Assembly (NCBI GenBank): GCA_030591685.1
Contig: JAUVAX010000001.1
Span: 92,873 to 156,872, forward strand
Source: Pseudobdellovibrionaceae bacterium
Lineage (GTDB): Bacteria > Bdellovibrionota > Bdellovibrionia > Bdellovibrionales > UBA1609
Direction: 5' to 3'
Length of the DNA stretch: 64,000 bases
Position 1 is the stretch's first letter. Every line of letters starts with the position of its first letter. The notes beneath the pieces are model-generated. The model saw only the letters and a program-made list of their open reading frames with translations. It was not told where the DNA came from and did not search any database. Shown in pieces: positions 9,452 through 19,647 of this stretch. The translations under genes were made by a program, and so were the position numbers.

Positions 9452-10753
9452 TTGAGTTCTCTTGTTTCACTTTTAGGTATATTTGTATTTATCGGGTTTA
9501 GCTACTTACTCTCTTCACACCGCAAACAAGTTGATAAAAGAGTGATTATTAATGGCCTCGCCCTACAGTTTGCACTCGCTATATTAGTTTTAGGTATTCC
9601 TGCGATACATTTTAATGGGCCTTTGCAGTTTTTACTACAGTGGGCCAATGTGTTTTTTTTAAGTATTCTTAGTTTTACTGAGCAGGGCACAAATTTTTTA
9701 CTGGGCCCTTTTTCAAGTCGAGAAACATATGGGTTTGTGTTTGCCATACATGCTTTGCCGACTATTATATTTTTCTCTTCATTAATGGCCGTTCTCTATC
9801 ATTTAAATATTATGCAAAAAATTGTAAAAGCATTAGCTTTTGTAATGTTTAAAATATTAAGGACCAGTGGTGCTGAATCTTTAGCTATGGCGGCCAATGT
9901 TTTTATCGGACAAACTGAGGCGCCTATTGTTGTACGCCCCTACGTAAAAAACATGACAAAGTCTGAGCTAATGACCCTTATGACGGGCGGTATGGCGACC
10001 ATCGCAGGGAGTGTGCTCGCGGCCTTTGTAGGCCTGTTACAGTTTAAAATCCCAAATATTGCGGGGCATTTACTGACGGCCTCTGTTATGTCTGCTCCCG
10101 CTGCCTTTTTATTTTCTAAAATTATATATCCTGAAACAGAAACCCCACTGACTTTACAAAAAATACCTGACGAACTCCCAGAGCAAAAATCTGTAAACAT
10201 TATTGAGGCCGCCGCCAAGGGCGCCAGCAGCGGGATGAAAATGGCTATAAATGTGGCCGCCATGCTTTTGGCTTTTATAGCCTTAATTGCCACATTAAAT
10301 GGAGTGTTAGGTTACTTTGGCGAACTCATTAACTTTAACTCATGGGGCAGGGATCTTATCCCGGAGGCCTTTATAAGCCGTGGACAGGCTGGGTTGAGCT
10401 TACAACTGATGTTCTCTTGGGTGTTCGCCCCTGTGGCTTGGCTTATGGGAATACCCTGGTCGGACTGTTTTACGGCAGGGGCTTTACTTGGTGAAAAAAT
10501 AGTTATTAATGAGTTTGTCGCCTATGTCCACCTGAGCGAGTTGACAGAGCAACTCTCTGAGCGATCTCTTATTATTTTATCTTATGCCCTTTGTGGATTT
10601 GCAAACTTTTCGAGCATAGCAATACAAATTGGCGGCATTGGGGAGTTAGCCCCATCAAGAAAATCTGAGTTGGCACAATTTGGAATCAAAGCAATGATTG
10701 GCGGTAGCCTTGCTGCCTTCACAACAGCAAGTATTGTTAGTTTGTTTATTTAA
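9452..10753 (+). CDS. CNT/NupC family concentrative nucleoside transporter
   Basis: LPTIIFFSSL, ANVFIGQTEAP, GGMATIAGSV, NEFVAY, YALCGFANFSS motifs. Confidence 0.92.
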   Translation: MSSLVSLLGIFVFIGFSYLLSSHRKQVDKRVIINGLALQFALAILVLGIPAIHFNGPLQFLLQWANVFFLSILSFTEQGTNFLLGPFSSRETYGFVFAIHALPTIIFFSSLMAVLYHLNIMQKIVKALAFVMFKILRTSGAESLAMAANVFIGQTEAPIVVRPYVKNMTKSELMTLMTGGMATIAGSVLAAFVGLLQFKIPNIAGHLLTASVMSAPAAFLFSKIIYPETETPLTLQKIPDELPEQKSVNIIEAAAKGASSGMKMAINVAAMLLAFIALIATLNGVLGYFGELINFNSWGRDLIPEAFISRGQAGLSLQLMFSWVFAPVAWLMGIPWSDCFTAGALLGEKIVINEFVAYVHLSELTEQLSERSLIILSYALCGFANFSSIAIQIGGIGELAPSRKSELAQFGIKAMIGGSLAAFTTASIVSLFI

Positions 10754-10814
10754 TTTATATTTTTTATCAGCTGACGCTTTAACTTTTTAAATCAAGCTCG
10801 CACTACAATATACA

Positions 10815-11336
10815 TTAACTCTTAATTGGTAGTTTAATAATTTGAATTTGTAACAACTTATATACGGCTACAAAAGAGAAAAAGTAAAGAGTCGTCGAAG
10901 TAAGAGTGTTGTTATAAAATAAAAGGCCTGCGACATAACAATCAATGAGGCCTTGAAATGATTTAGAGTACAATGAAGTTAAAGCCCAAACCCCAAAGTT
11001 AGTTACAAGAAAAAATAATGACGAGGCTAGGAAGCTCACCGCAATGGATTTTACTGCAAACCACTTAGAGCCCTTTAAAAAAGACGACAATAACGGCATG
11101 AGTCCTACTGCTAAGTAAACGACTAAGCTTGTGCTATGAAACCCTAAAAATAAATCGGTAAACACCATGGCAGCAACGACTGGCCACCAGGATTTTTTAA
11201 ACTCACCCAGTGCGTACCCTGAGAAGAGCCCTAATGCTAAAATGGGAGTAAAGTTCACCGGGTGAGGGAGTAGGCGTGTCAGAGAAAAAACAAACACCAT
11301 TAACGCTATGACAAATACATTATTTACGGGCTTCAT
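10815..11336 (-). CDS. DUF6580-like putative membrane transport protein (ECF S-component-like)
   Basis: RLLPHPVNFTPILALGLFSG and FFLVTNFGVW...CYVAGL motifs; about six TM segments. Confidence 0.7.
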   Translation of the reverse strand: MKPVNNVFVIALMVFVFSLTRLLPHPVNFTPILALGLFSGYALGEFKKSWWPVVAAMVFTDLFLGFHSTSLVVYLAVGLMPLLSSFLKGSKWFAVKSIAVSFLASSLFFLVTNFGVWALTSLYSKSFQGLIDCYVAGLLFYNNTLTSTTLYFFSFVAVYKLLQIQIIKLPIKS

Positions 11337-11522
11337 ACTAAGCTCCCTTTATTAAAAAGCCCTGAGAATTTATCAAGTTACTCCCCTGCCGTCACTTGGT
11401 AATTTACTATGGGTTTGCTCGCCGCATCATTGGTTTTAAATTTTGATTCCCTCTTTGAAATCAAGTGGTTATGTTACACACCTATTGTCTTCCCAAGCTA
11501 AGTCACCTTAAGGAGCCTTTAC

Positions 11523-12263
11523 ATGTACAAACTCGTCTTACTCAGACACGGAGAAAGCCAGTGGAACAAGGAAAACCGCTTCACGGGCTGGGTGGATGTT
11601 GATTTATCTGAAAACGGAATCAAAGAGGCTCTAGAGGGTGCTGAGTTACTTAAAGCCTCAGGCTTTAAGTTTGATATCGCCTACACCTCTGTTTTAAAGC
11701 GCGCCATTAGAACCCTATGGTTAACATTAGACCCGTTAGATCTTATGTGGATACCTGTGATACGCTCATGGAGACTTAACGAAAGACATTACGGAGCCCT
11801 TCAAGGGCTTAATAAATCTGAGACTAGCGAAAAGTATGGAGAAGATCAGGTTTTCACATGGAGGCGGTCTTATGACATCCCCCCTCCGGAGCTCCCCGTA
11901 GAAGACAAAGAGCACCCCTCCCATGAGGCTCGGTATAAAAATATTCCAGCCAGTGAACTCCCAAGCTCTGAAGCTCTCCTGCAGTGTAAGAACAGAGTTT
12001 TACCTATTTGGGAATCCGACATTGCCCCAGCGATTAAATCTGGTCAGCGGGTACTTATAACAGCTCACGGAAACTCTTTAAGAGCGCTTGTTAAACATCT
12101 TGATAATATTTCTGATGATGAGATCTCAAAAGTTAATATCCCCACCGCCACCCCCCTTGTTTATGAGCTCGACGAAAACCTAAAGCCCATAAAACACTAT
12201 TATTTAGGTGACCCTCTTGAAGCCAAAAAAAAAGCTCAAGCCGTAGCCAATCAGGCTAAATAA
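11523..12263 (+). CDS. gpmA: 2,3-bisphosphoglycerate-dependent phosphoglycerate mutase
   Basis: [27 protein letters not shown]. Confidence 0.97.
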   Translation: MYKLVLLRHGESQWNKENRFTGWVDVDLSENGIKEALEGAELLKASGFKFDIAYTSVLKRAIRTLWLTLDPLDLMWIPVIRSWRLNERHYGALQGLNKSETSEKYGEDQVFTWRRSYDIPPPELPVEDKEHPSHEARYKNIPASELPSSEALLQCKNRVLPIWESDIAPAIKSGQRVLITAHGNSLRALVKHLDNISDDEISKVNIPTATPLVYELDENLKPIKHYYLGDPLEAKKKAQAVANQAK

Positions 12264-12420
12264 TAAGTAAAACCTCGACTTGAGTTGTGGCCTAGCCCCT
12301 TCACCAGCACAGACCTTTTTATTAACAAGCAACCTAAAGTAAATGAGCTATAGCTATTTTAAGTAATTTTAATTATTCTATCATTGGTCTCAAACATTAA
12401 TAATTACGGAGAACTTTTTT

Positions 12421-14109
12421 ATGGAAAAAATTTGGCTAAAAAATTACCCCAAAGGTATACCTGAAAATATACATGTTGAGTTTTCTTCTTTACGAGATGC
12501 TATAGAGCATTCTTTTAACAAATACTCTGATTTAAAAGCGTACACATGTATGGGTGTGAGTCTTACTTATAAGCAAGTCGATCAACTCTCTGCACAGTTT
12601 GCCTCTTATTTGCAAAACCATACAAATTTAAAAAAAGGGGATGCCATAGCCCTACAAATGCCCAATATTTTACAGTTCCCTATTGCTTTATTTGGAGCTC
12701 TTAGGGCCGGCCTTAAAGTTGTAAACACAAACCCTCTTTATACTCAAAGGGAAATGGCTCACCAATTCAAAGACTCTGAAGCCAAGGCCATTGTTATTGT
12801 TTCTAACTTTGCTTCAAAACTAGAGGATGTAATCAAGGACACAAAAATTGAAACCGTGATTATAACTGACCTTGGAGATTTACTCGGCTTCCCTAAGTCA
12901 ATGATCGTAAATAATGTTGTTAAGTATGTCAAAAAAATGGTGCCCAAGTACTCCCTACCAAAGGCTCTTAAATTTAACGAGTGTCTAAAAAAGGGGGCGT
13001 TACAGCCCTTTCAAGCTGTAGCTATTGATAAAAAAGACATCGCTTTTTTACAGTACACAGGGGGGACGACAGGACTTTCTAAAGGAGCCATGCTCACCCA
13101 CGAAAACGCCTTAGCAAATATGACTCAAATTATTTCTTGGATGAAGTCTTCACTAAAAGAGCGTGAAGAGGTGGTGATAACTCCCCTGCCTTTGTACCAT
13201 ATTTTTTCTCTCACGGTGAACTGCCTCTCTATGATGTATTACGGTGCTGAGTCTATACTCATTACAAACCCAAGAGATATTAAGGGTTTTTTAGCCACGC
13301 TTAAAAATTCTCGCCTCACCGTGTTCACAGGGCTTAATACGCTTTTTAATGCGATGATGAATCATGAAGATTTTAGCTCTGTTGACTGGTCCTCACTTAA
13401 AGTTTCTGTGGCCGGTGGAATGGCCATGCAAACCTCAGTTTCTAAAAGGTGGGAGGAGCTTACAGGGTGTCGAATCTCTGAAGGTTATGGACTTACAGAG
13501 TCCTCCCCTGTTATATGCGTTAACCCATTAGGAATGGCCGGGCACTATGGGTCTATTGGCCTGCCGGTGCCCTCTACTGACGTCAAAATCTGTACAGATG
13601 AAGGCGAAGAAGTACCAATAGGCCAAGAGGGAGAGCTCTTTGCTAAAGGACCACAAGTTATGCTCGGGTACTGGAAGCAACCCGAGGAGACTTCAAAAGT
13701 ACTCACCCCTGATGGATGGTTAAAAACAGGCGACATGGCAGTGTGTGATAGCGATGGTTTTTTTAAAATTGTAGACCGAAAAAAAGATATGATTTTAGTC
13801 TCTGGTTTTAATGTTTACCCCAATGAAGTGGAAGATGTAGTGGCCCACATGAATGGCGTCAGCGAAGTGGCTGCCATAGGCGTCCCCCATGATAAATCAG
13901 GCGAGGCTGTCAAAATATTTGTTGTTAAAAATGATGACGACATCTCCGTTGAACAAATCATCAAACACTGTAAAACTAATTTAGCCGGATACAAGGTACC
14001 CAAGCAAATTGAGTTCAGAGATGAGCTGCCTAAAACAAATGTCGGCAAAATACTACGCCGTGAACTGCGAGATTCTGAGAAAAGCTCTCCAAAGCAGAAA
14101 GCTTTATAA
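12421..14109 (+). CDS. fadD: Long-chain fatty acid-CoA ligase
   Basis: YTGGTTGLSKG, EGYGLTE, DRKKDMILVSGFNVYPNEVE, PKTNVGKILRR. Confidence 0.93.
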   Translation: MEKIWLKNYPKGIPENIHVEFSSLRDAIEHSFNKYSDLKAYTCMGVSLTYKQVDQLSAQFASYLQNHTNLKKGDAIALQMPNILQFPIALFGALRAGLKVVNTNPLYTQREMAHQFKDSEAKAIVIVSNFASKLEDVIKDTKIETVIITDLGDLLGFPKSMIVNNVVKYVKKMVPKYSLPKALKFNECLKKGALQPFQAVAIDKKDIAFLQYTGGTTGLSKGAMLTHENALANMTQIISWMKSSLKEREEVVITPLPLYHIFSLTVNCLSMMYYGAESILITNPRDIKGFLATLKNSRLTVFTGLNTLFNAMMNHEDFSSVDWSSLKVSVAGGMAMQTSVSKRWEELTGCRISEGYGLTESSPVICVNPLGMAGHYGSIGLPVPSTDVKICTDEGEEVPIGQEGELFAKGPQVMLGYWKQPEETSKVLTPDGWLKTGDMAVCDSDGFFKIVDRKKDMILVSGFNVYPNEVEDVVAHMNGVSEVAAIGVPHDKSGEAVKIFVVKNDDDISVEQIIKHCKTNLAGYKVPKQIEFRDELPKTNVGKILRRELRDSEKSSPKQKAL

Positions 14110-14194
14110 TAGCAACTCTCCCCCTTCCAAAGCCCCTTGAAATAAAGACCAACCAAGCCATTGGGCGGTCTTAGTTGCTAGACGGCCACATATG

Positions 14195-14223
14195 TTGTCG
14201 TACCGCCATATTTAATATATTAT
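14195..14223 (+). promoter_or_regulatory. sigma70 promoter, probably leaderless transcript
   Basis: TTGTCG-N17-TATTAT, 6 nt before ATG 14230, no SD. Confidence 0.5.
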
Positions 14224-14229
14224 AAAACA

Positions 14230-15630
14230 ATGAAACAACAAAACCAATCGACCCCTCTTTCAAAAGCTCTAAGAATAAATTCAGACGACGAACAATATGG
14301 AACTTTTGCTGAAATCGGGGCTGGCCAAGAGGTAGCTCGTCACTTTTTTTTAGCTGGTCGGGCTTCACACACAATTGCAAAAACCATGTCGGCCTATGAC
14401 ATGACTTTTAGTGATGAAATTTATGGCCGCGAAGACAGTGGTCGTTATGTTGTTGAATCACGACTTTTAAAAATGCTCGACAAAGAATACAACCTACTAG
14501 ACGAGAGACTGAGCCCTGCCCGAGGTGATAGTACTTGTTTTTTCGCCTTTGCCAACACCGTTTCTACAAGCTCTGTGTCTCATGGGGGGCGATGCCATGG
14601 CTGGATGGGCATTCGCTTTCAAAGCCACCCTAAAGAACCACCAAATGATATTATTTTACACGTGAACCTCTTAGATCACTTTCGCCTACAGCAGCAAGAG
14701 GCTCTTGGGATTTTAGGTGTAAACTTAGTTCATGCCAGCCTTTATAATAATAAGTCCCCCGAGGCTTTTGTGAGTGAACTTATTGACAGCCTTGCCCTTG
14801 AGCGAATTGATGTGGACTTGATACGATTTAACGGGCCAGCACTTAAAGACGTTGATAATCGTATTTTAAACCTTGAGTTATTAAAACAAAAACTCACCTC
14901 TGCAATTATGTTTGACTCTAAGGGCGAGATCATTCAGCCCGGTGAACACCTCTACGGGTCCCCTGTCCTTATTCAGCGAGGGACTTTTAGACCTCTCACT
15001 AAAACTAACCTAAGTCTCACTAAACACGCCCTTAAGCAAATGAATGCGGAAGAACAGCTCCCCTGCAAGCCCTTAGTATTAATGGAAATGTCTATGGACT
15101 CGCTAAAAAAAGGGGCCGAGGTGGACTCCCAAGACTTTATAAACAGAGTCGATACCATTACGGCTGTTGGACACAATGTTCTTATATCTAATCTTTACCT
15201 TTTTTATGAGTTAAAATCTTATATACGTCAAAGCACCACGGAGCCCATACACATGGTTATGGGTGCTGGCCACTTAAGTAAATTATTTGACGAAGAGTAT
15301 TATAAAAACTTAAATGGCGGTACTCTTGAGGCCTTTGCAAAACTTTTTGATAGTAAAACTAAACTCTATATATATCCTTTTAAAACTGAGGATATCTGTT
15401 TAAATACAAAAAGCTTTTTCCCTGACCCTTCGCTCACCCACTTATACCAGCACCTCACAGCCAACAAGAGCATTGTTGATATTTTAAATTGCGATGACAT
15501 AGACACAAGTCTTAGCTCTTCAGATATTAGGCCGCTTCTTGAAAAGGGCGACCCTCAGTGGGAAAGCCTAGTCCCCGAAGAGGTTAAAAATATAATTAAG
15601 AAAAAACAAATCTTCGGATATAAAAAGTGA
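14230..15630 (+). CDS. Conserved uncharacterised protein with a nucleotidyltransferase-like C-terminal region
   Basis: KALRIN...YGTFAEIGAGQEVAR...TIAKTMSAYDM signature; GTFRPLT (degenerate HIGH-type) and SSSDIR...WESLVPEEV tail resembling NadD-like enzymes; no signal peptide. Confidence 0.6.
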   Translation: MKQQNQSTPLSKALRINSDDEQYGTFAEIGAGQEVARHFFLAGRASHTIAKTMSAYDMTFSDEIYGREDSGRYVVESRLLKMLDKEYNLLDERLSPARGDSTCFFAFANTVSTSSVSHGGRCHGWMGIRFQSHPKEPPNDIILHVNLLDHFRLQQQEALGILGVNLVHASLYNNKSPEAFVSELIDSLALERIDVDLIRFNGPALKDVDNRILNLELLKQKLTSAIMFDSKGEIIQPGEHLYGSPVLIQRGTFRPLTKTNLSLTKHALKQMNAEEQLPCKPLVLMEMSMDSLKKGAEVDSQDFINRVDTITAVGHNVLISNLYLFYELKSYIRQSTTEPIHMVMGAGHLSKLFDEEYYKNLNGGTLEAFAKLFDSKTKLYIYPFKTEDICLNTKSFFPDPSLTHLYQHLTANKSIVDILNCDDIDTSLSSSDIRPLLEKGDPQWESLVPEEVKNIIKKKQIFGYKK

Positions 15631-16370
15631 TAAACCAGCTTAAGTACATTGTTTTTGCCCTAGTTACAATTTTTACGTTTACACTAATGGCCGAATCAAG
15701 CGACATCAGCCTTTCACAAGAAATTCATAAAAAACGCTCTAAACATTATGATGACATACTGAATGTTTTTAAAAAATTTAATATAAACCCAGAAAAAATA
15801 AATAAATTATTGTTTGATGGCAGTAAAACGAGTGTCAGTGAGTATTTAAAAGAGCTCAGCGGTCAGGCTAAAAACTTAAAACACCAAAGGGATACCAGCG
15901 AAAACAAAGAGCAAATTGATCTGGCGATGACTGAAGTTCTTTCACTCATGAGAGCTAAAATTTATCAATCTGAAATCGACCAAGAAAAGGTCGACAACAT
16001 GCCGGAGTGGGCAAAAAAAATATTTTCTAAACATGTCTTCCCACTTGGTAAAAACATAATGATGGTGGTTATGAGAAAGGATGTCATCACGTCTTCTATT
16101 GACCTTTACACTAACCCTCGTCTTTCACGAGTCCTTTATAGTCAATTAATTTTATTGTTTTTTATTATAGTCTATAAGTTCTATCGACGGCGGTATTATA
16201 AGGATTTATTTTTTAAAAGGCTGTTTATCAATGTGGGGCTTTCAGTTTTACTTTTTGTAGGGTCTGCTTTTGTGCTGCCGAGCCTTCTGGTCGGTAAGCC
16301 TTATATAGATTTTATTTCAGCCTTGTCAACGTCAGCATATATACAAATTAACGATGAAAACAATTTTTAG
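15627..16370 (+). CDS. Hypothetical membrane protein
   Basis: N-terminal signal/TM and two C-terminal TM segments; 4-nt overlap with the upstream gene. Confidence 0.55.
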   Translation: MINQLKYIVFALVTIFTFTLMAESSDISLSQEIHKKRSKHYDDILNVFKKFNINPEKINKLLFDGSKTSVSEYLKELSGQAKNLKHQRDTSENKEQIDLAMTEVLSLMRAKIYQSEIDQEKVDNMPEWAKKIFSKHVFPLGKNIMMVVMRKDVITSSIDLYTNPRLSRVLYSQLILLFFIIVYKFYRRRYYKDLFFKRLFINVGLSVLLFVGSAFVLPSLLVGKPYIDFISALSTSAYIQINDENNF

Positions 16371-16372
16371 GT

Positions 16373-17902
16373 TCAATTTAAAAGACTCACTAAACACTGT
16401 ACCATTTGCCCACTAGCTCCTGGCTCTAAAAGGGCCCCTTTAGGTGTGTCAGCCCATGCATAAATATCTAAATGGGCCCAGGGGACGTCTTGAACAAACT
16501 CTTGTAAAAATAAACCCGCCGTAATAGCTCCGCCAAAAGCAGAGGAGGCACAATTTGTCATGTCGGCCACTGTAGAATGAAGCGCTCCTTTATAGTCTGA
16601 AAAAAGGGGCATTCGCCACACTCTTTCGGAGGTGTTTTCGGAGGCCTTTTGAATTTTTAGACTTAACCCATCATCATTACTAAAAAGACCGGCCACCTCA
16701 GCCCCTAAGCCGACTTTTATAGCCCCAGTTAATGTGGCCACATCTATTACAAATTTAGGTTTATCTTTTGTACTCTTTGACACAGCAACGTCCAGAGCAT
16801 CGGCGAGCACTAAGCGGCCCTCCGCGTCTGTGTTATGAATTTCGATAGTTTTGCCACTGCGGGCCTGTAAAATATCTCCAGGCACAAATGAAGCCGAACC
16901 CACAACGTTTTCAGCCAGTGGTAGGTACGCATCAAAACTTTGCTTACTTTTATTCATACATAGAGAGAGTGCTGCACCCACAACTGCTGCAGAGCCGCCC
17001 ATGTCTTTTTTCATATTACGCATTCCTGCTGAAGACTTAATATCAGCGCCGCCCGTATCAAAGGTAATACCTTTACCAACTAAGGCAATAGGGGGCTTAC
17101 CCCCACGAGGTCTATATTTAATATGTACAAGAACGGGCTTATTTGGGCTCGAAGCCCCTACGGCAAGTAACAGACCCATTTTTTCTTTTTCAAGTGTGGC
17201 CTCAGACCAAGTGCTCACCTGAACATCTGCGAGGTTTTTAAAAAGTTTATTAATAACCCCTTTATAGGTCTGTGGGTTTAACCAATTGCTCGGTAAATTA
17301 ACCAGGTGACGGGCAACATTAGTGCCCACACCAACGGTTTGTGCATTTTTAATCTGAGAATCTAAAATACGTCCTTTATTTTTAAAAATATAAAATTTGC
17401 AGGCATTACTTTTTTTATGGAGTATTTTTTTAAACTCATACTGTGCTAACTCTAATCCCACTAAAACCCCATGAAGTTGAGTTTGAAGGGCATTTACTAT
17501 TTCGACCCGACAGTGGGTTGGACTTTTAGTTTTTACAAAATTAATTAACATCCCCATTGCGTCCCGCGAAAGGGCATAATCACTGGGCTCAAGTAATCCA
17601 GAGTGAGCTTTTAATGGCTTTGAAGTTAAATACAGAGGCCTTATAACTAAAACATTCTCATCGGCATGAGAAAAGTACTCATAGGGGGACTTAGAGTTGA
17701 TGAGTTTATTTAACTGAGCGTTTGTTAGTGAACCCTTAAACAAACTGGTTAAATCTTTTTTAGATGTCTTAAAAACTATAAAGGCCCTGAGTAAATTATC
17801 AGAGCCCTTTATAGTTTTAGTATTAAACTGAGCCTCTTTTAAAAACGACTGGCTCAGTTGTTGAAACCCACTTTGCCAATTCAATGAATTTAGAGACTTC
17901 AT
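16373..17902 (-). CDS. M17 leucyl aminopeptidase (PepA/PepB family)
   Basis: VGKGITFDTGG, MKKDMGG, NTDAEGRLVLAD, WAHLDI. Confidence 0.93.
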   Translation of the reverse strand: MKSLNSLNWQSGFQQLSQSFLKEAQFNTKTIKGSDNLLRAFIVFKTSKKDLTSLFKGSLTNAQLNKLINSKSPYEYFSHADENVLVIRPLYLTSKPLKAHSGLLEPSDYALSRDAMGMLINFVKTKSPTHCRVEIVNALQTQLHGVLVGLELAQYEFKKILHKKSNACKFYIFKNKGRILDSQIKNAQTVGVGTNVARHLVNLPSNWLNPQTYKGVINKLFKNLADVQVSTWSEATLEKEKMGLLLAVGASSPNKPVLVHIKYRPRGGKPPIALVGKGITFDTGGADIKSSAGMRNMKKDMGGSAAVVGAALSLCMNKSKQSFDAYLPLAENVVGSASFVPGDILQARSGKTIEIHNTDAEGRLVLADALDVAVSKSTKDKPKFVIDVATLTGAIKVGLGAEVAGLFSNDDGLSLKIQKASENTSERVWRMPLFSDYKGALHSTVADMTNCASSAFGGAITAGLFLQEFVQDVPWAHLDIYAWADTPKGALLEPGASGQMVQCLVSLLN

Positions 17903-17924
17903 GGGACCTCAATTATTTAATGGT

Positions 17925-18623
17925 TTATTTTTTTAAAATCTCTAACAACTCAACTTCAAATACTAATACTGAGTTTGGTGGTATTTTTGGGCGACCTTGC
18001 TCACCGTAGGCTAGGCCAGAGGGTATGAAAAGCTCCCACTTGCCGCCCTCTTTCATAAGGGTTAATGCTTCTTGCCAGCCCTTAATAACGCCATTCACAG
18101 GGAACTCAGCAGGCTTGTTACGCTTATAAGAACTATCAAACTCTGAACCATCAATTAATGTACCCTTATAATGAACCTTAACTTTTGATTTAGACTTAGG
18201 TTTTTTACCTGTCCCTTTTTTTAATACACGGTACTGAAGCCCTGACTTAGTGACCTTTATCCCGTCTTTTGCTTTATTTTCGTCTAAGAATTTTTGACCA
18301 ATACCTACGTTCTTTTTGGCTTCTTCTTTCATTTCAGCCATTTTTTTGGTTCGCTTTTCCATCATGGTCTTTTGTAGGTTCATCATGGCTGCCTGCATGT
18401 CTTCTTTAGTCATGCGTGAGTCTTTACCTGTGATGGCCTCTTCTACGGACTGAGCGACCATTTTTGCATCGACATCAATACCCTGTTGTTTAATGTTTTG
18501 ACCAATTTGTTGCCCAATAGCATAAGATACTTTTTGAACATCTGACTTAGGGTCTTGCTTGCAACCCACAACTAGTAACATTGCTACAGCTGTTAAGGGT
18601 AAAAAATACGATGAATTTCTCAT
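17925..18623 (-). CDS. FKBP-type peptidyl-prolyl isomerase (FkpA/Mip-like lipoprotein)
   Basis: SYAIG dimerisation helix, TKSGLQY, VHYKGTLIDGSEFDSSY, VIKGWQE, IPPNSVLVFEVEL; lipobox VVGC; start moved to the ATG after GGAG. Confidence 0.92.
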   Translation of the reverse strand: MRNSSYFLPLTAVAMLLVVGCKQDPKSDVQKVSYAIGQQIGQNIKQQGIDVDAKMVAQSVEEAITGKDSRMTKEDMQAAMMNLQKTMMEKRTKKMAEMKEEAKKNVGIGQKFLDENKAKDGIKVTKSGLQYRVLKKGTGKKPKSKSKVKVHYKGTLIDGSEFDSSYKRNKPAEFPVNGVIKGWQEALTLMKEGGKWELFIPSGLAYGEQGRPKIPPNSVLVFEVELLEILKK

Positions 18624-18728
18624 AGACGACTCCATTACTTTAGTTAATTAAACGAAAAAATACTTTAACATTACCTACTTTAACCGCAACTTATTTTTTT
18701 GGCCGGCCTGGCGATGCGCCACAGCATT

Positions 18729-19580
18729 TCACAAAAGCTTTACTCTTGTTTTTTCATTCTCTGGCAGGCGCTGGTTCATTATCTCCAAGACCTGCGCTCT
18801 TCGATACTTTGTTGAGTTATGGGTTAATATAATGAGCTCACTTTTAATGTCAGGCAAAGCCTCTAGGACCTCGTCAAAATGTATATGGCCCCATTTTTTA
18901 GCTCGCTCTACGGGGCGCGTGTCGTCAAAATAAGTGCACTCCATAAGCAAAACCTTTGATTGCTTAACTTCGGGGCTTAGGCTTAGAAATTCAATTTCTG
19001 TATCCCCTGTAAACGACAGCAAAGGCGATTCAAAAGGAGCATCCACCGATGCACCACTTAGTTTTTTTTCTCTAATTTGATCTTGAGTGAGCTCTTTAAA
19101 TTCGGGTTTTAATTTTTTACCCTTCTGGTAAATAGTATACCCTTGAGAGGGTATTCGATGCTTTGTCGCAAAGGGCTTGAAGAAGTAATCTTTTGAAATA
19201 TCATATTTTTGACCAATGCATGCCGGGATAAGGAGGTGCTGACAGTCGAACTCTTCGATCTCTTTCCAGATATCTAAAATTTTTTTCATAGGGGCCATTA
19301 AGGCTTCGGGTAAAAACATTTCAGCCGGCGGGAGGCCCAGCAAGGACCTTTGAGAGGTAATATAAGGCAATCCTCCGGCGTGATCCATATGTCCGTGTGT
19401 AATTAAAAACTGTCGCATGTGATAGCTAAAGGGCCACCCCTGTGCCACGTCCATGCAAAGTTTTAGTTCGGGCACAATAAAGCATGTCCCCGTGCCCGCT
19501 TGCGATAGACCCTTTAAAGATAGGTTTTTAAACTTAAACGTTGCTAACTCTCTCATGGAGGTATTCTTAACGATAATCAT
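18729..19580 (-). CDS. Metallo-beta-lactamase fold hydrolase, short-form RNase Z-like
   Basis: THGHMDH, HRIPSQGY, FTGDT, ECT, H..(F) motifs. Confidence 0.75.
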   Translation of the reverse strand: MIIVKNTSMRELATFKFKNLSLKGLSQAGTGTCFIVPELKLCMDVAQGWPFSYHMRQFLITHGHMDHAGGLPYITSQRSLLGLPPAEMFLPEALMAPMKKILDIWKEIEEFDCQHLLIPACIGQKYDISKDYFFKPFATKHRIPSQGYTIYQKGKKLKPEFKELTQDQIREKKLSGASVDAPFESPLLSFTGDTEIEFLSLSPEVKQSKVLLMECTYFDDTRPVERAKKWGHIHFDEVLEALPDIKSELIILTHNSTKYRRAQVLEIMNQRLPENEKTRVKLL

Positions 19581-19647
19581 TTAAAATTCTAGTTTTTTTA
19601 GAACTCTTTTGATTGATTGCACCTGAAACTCAGTATAGTTTATACCA

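Noticed and set aside
11337..11522. Possible cobalamin riboswitch upstream of the DUF6580-like transporter
   Set aside because: Only an AAGAGGGAA fragment on the minus strand matches; no B12-box or CCCGC/ACTGT core is seen.
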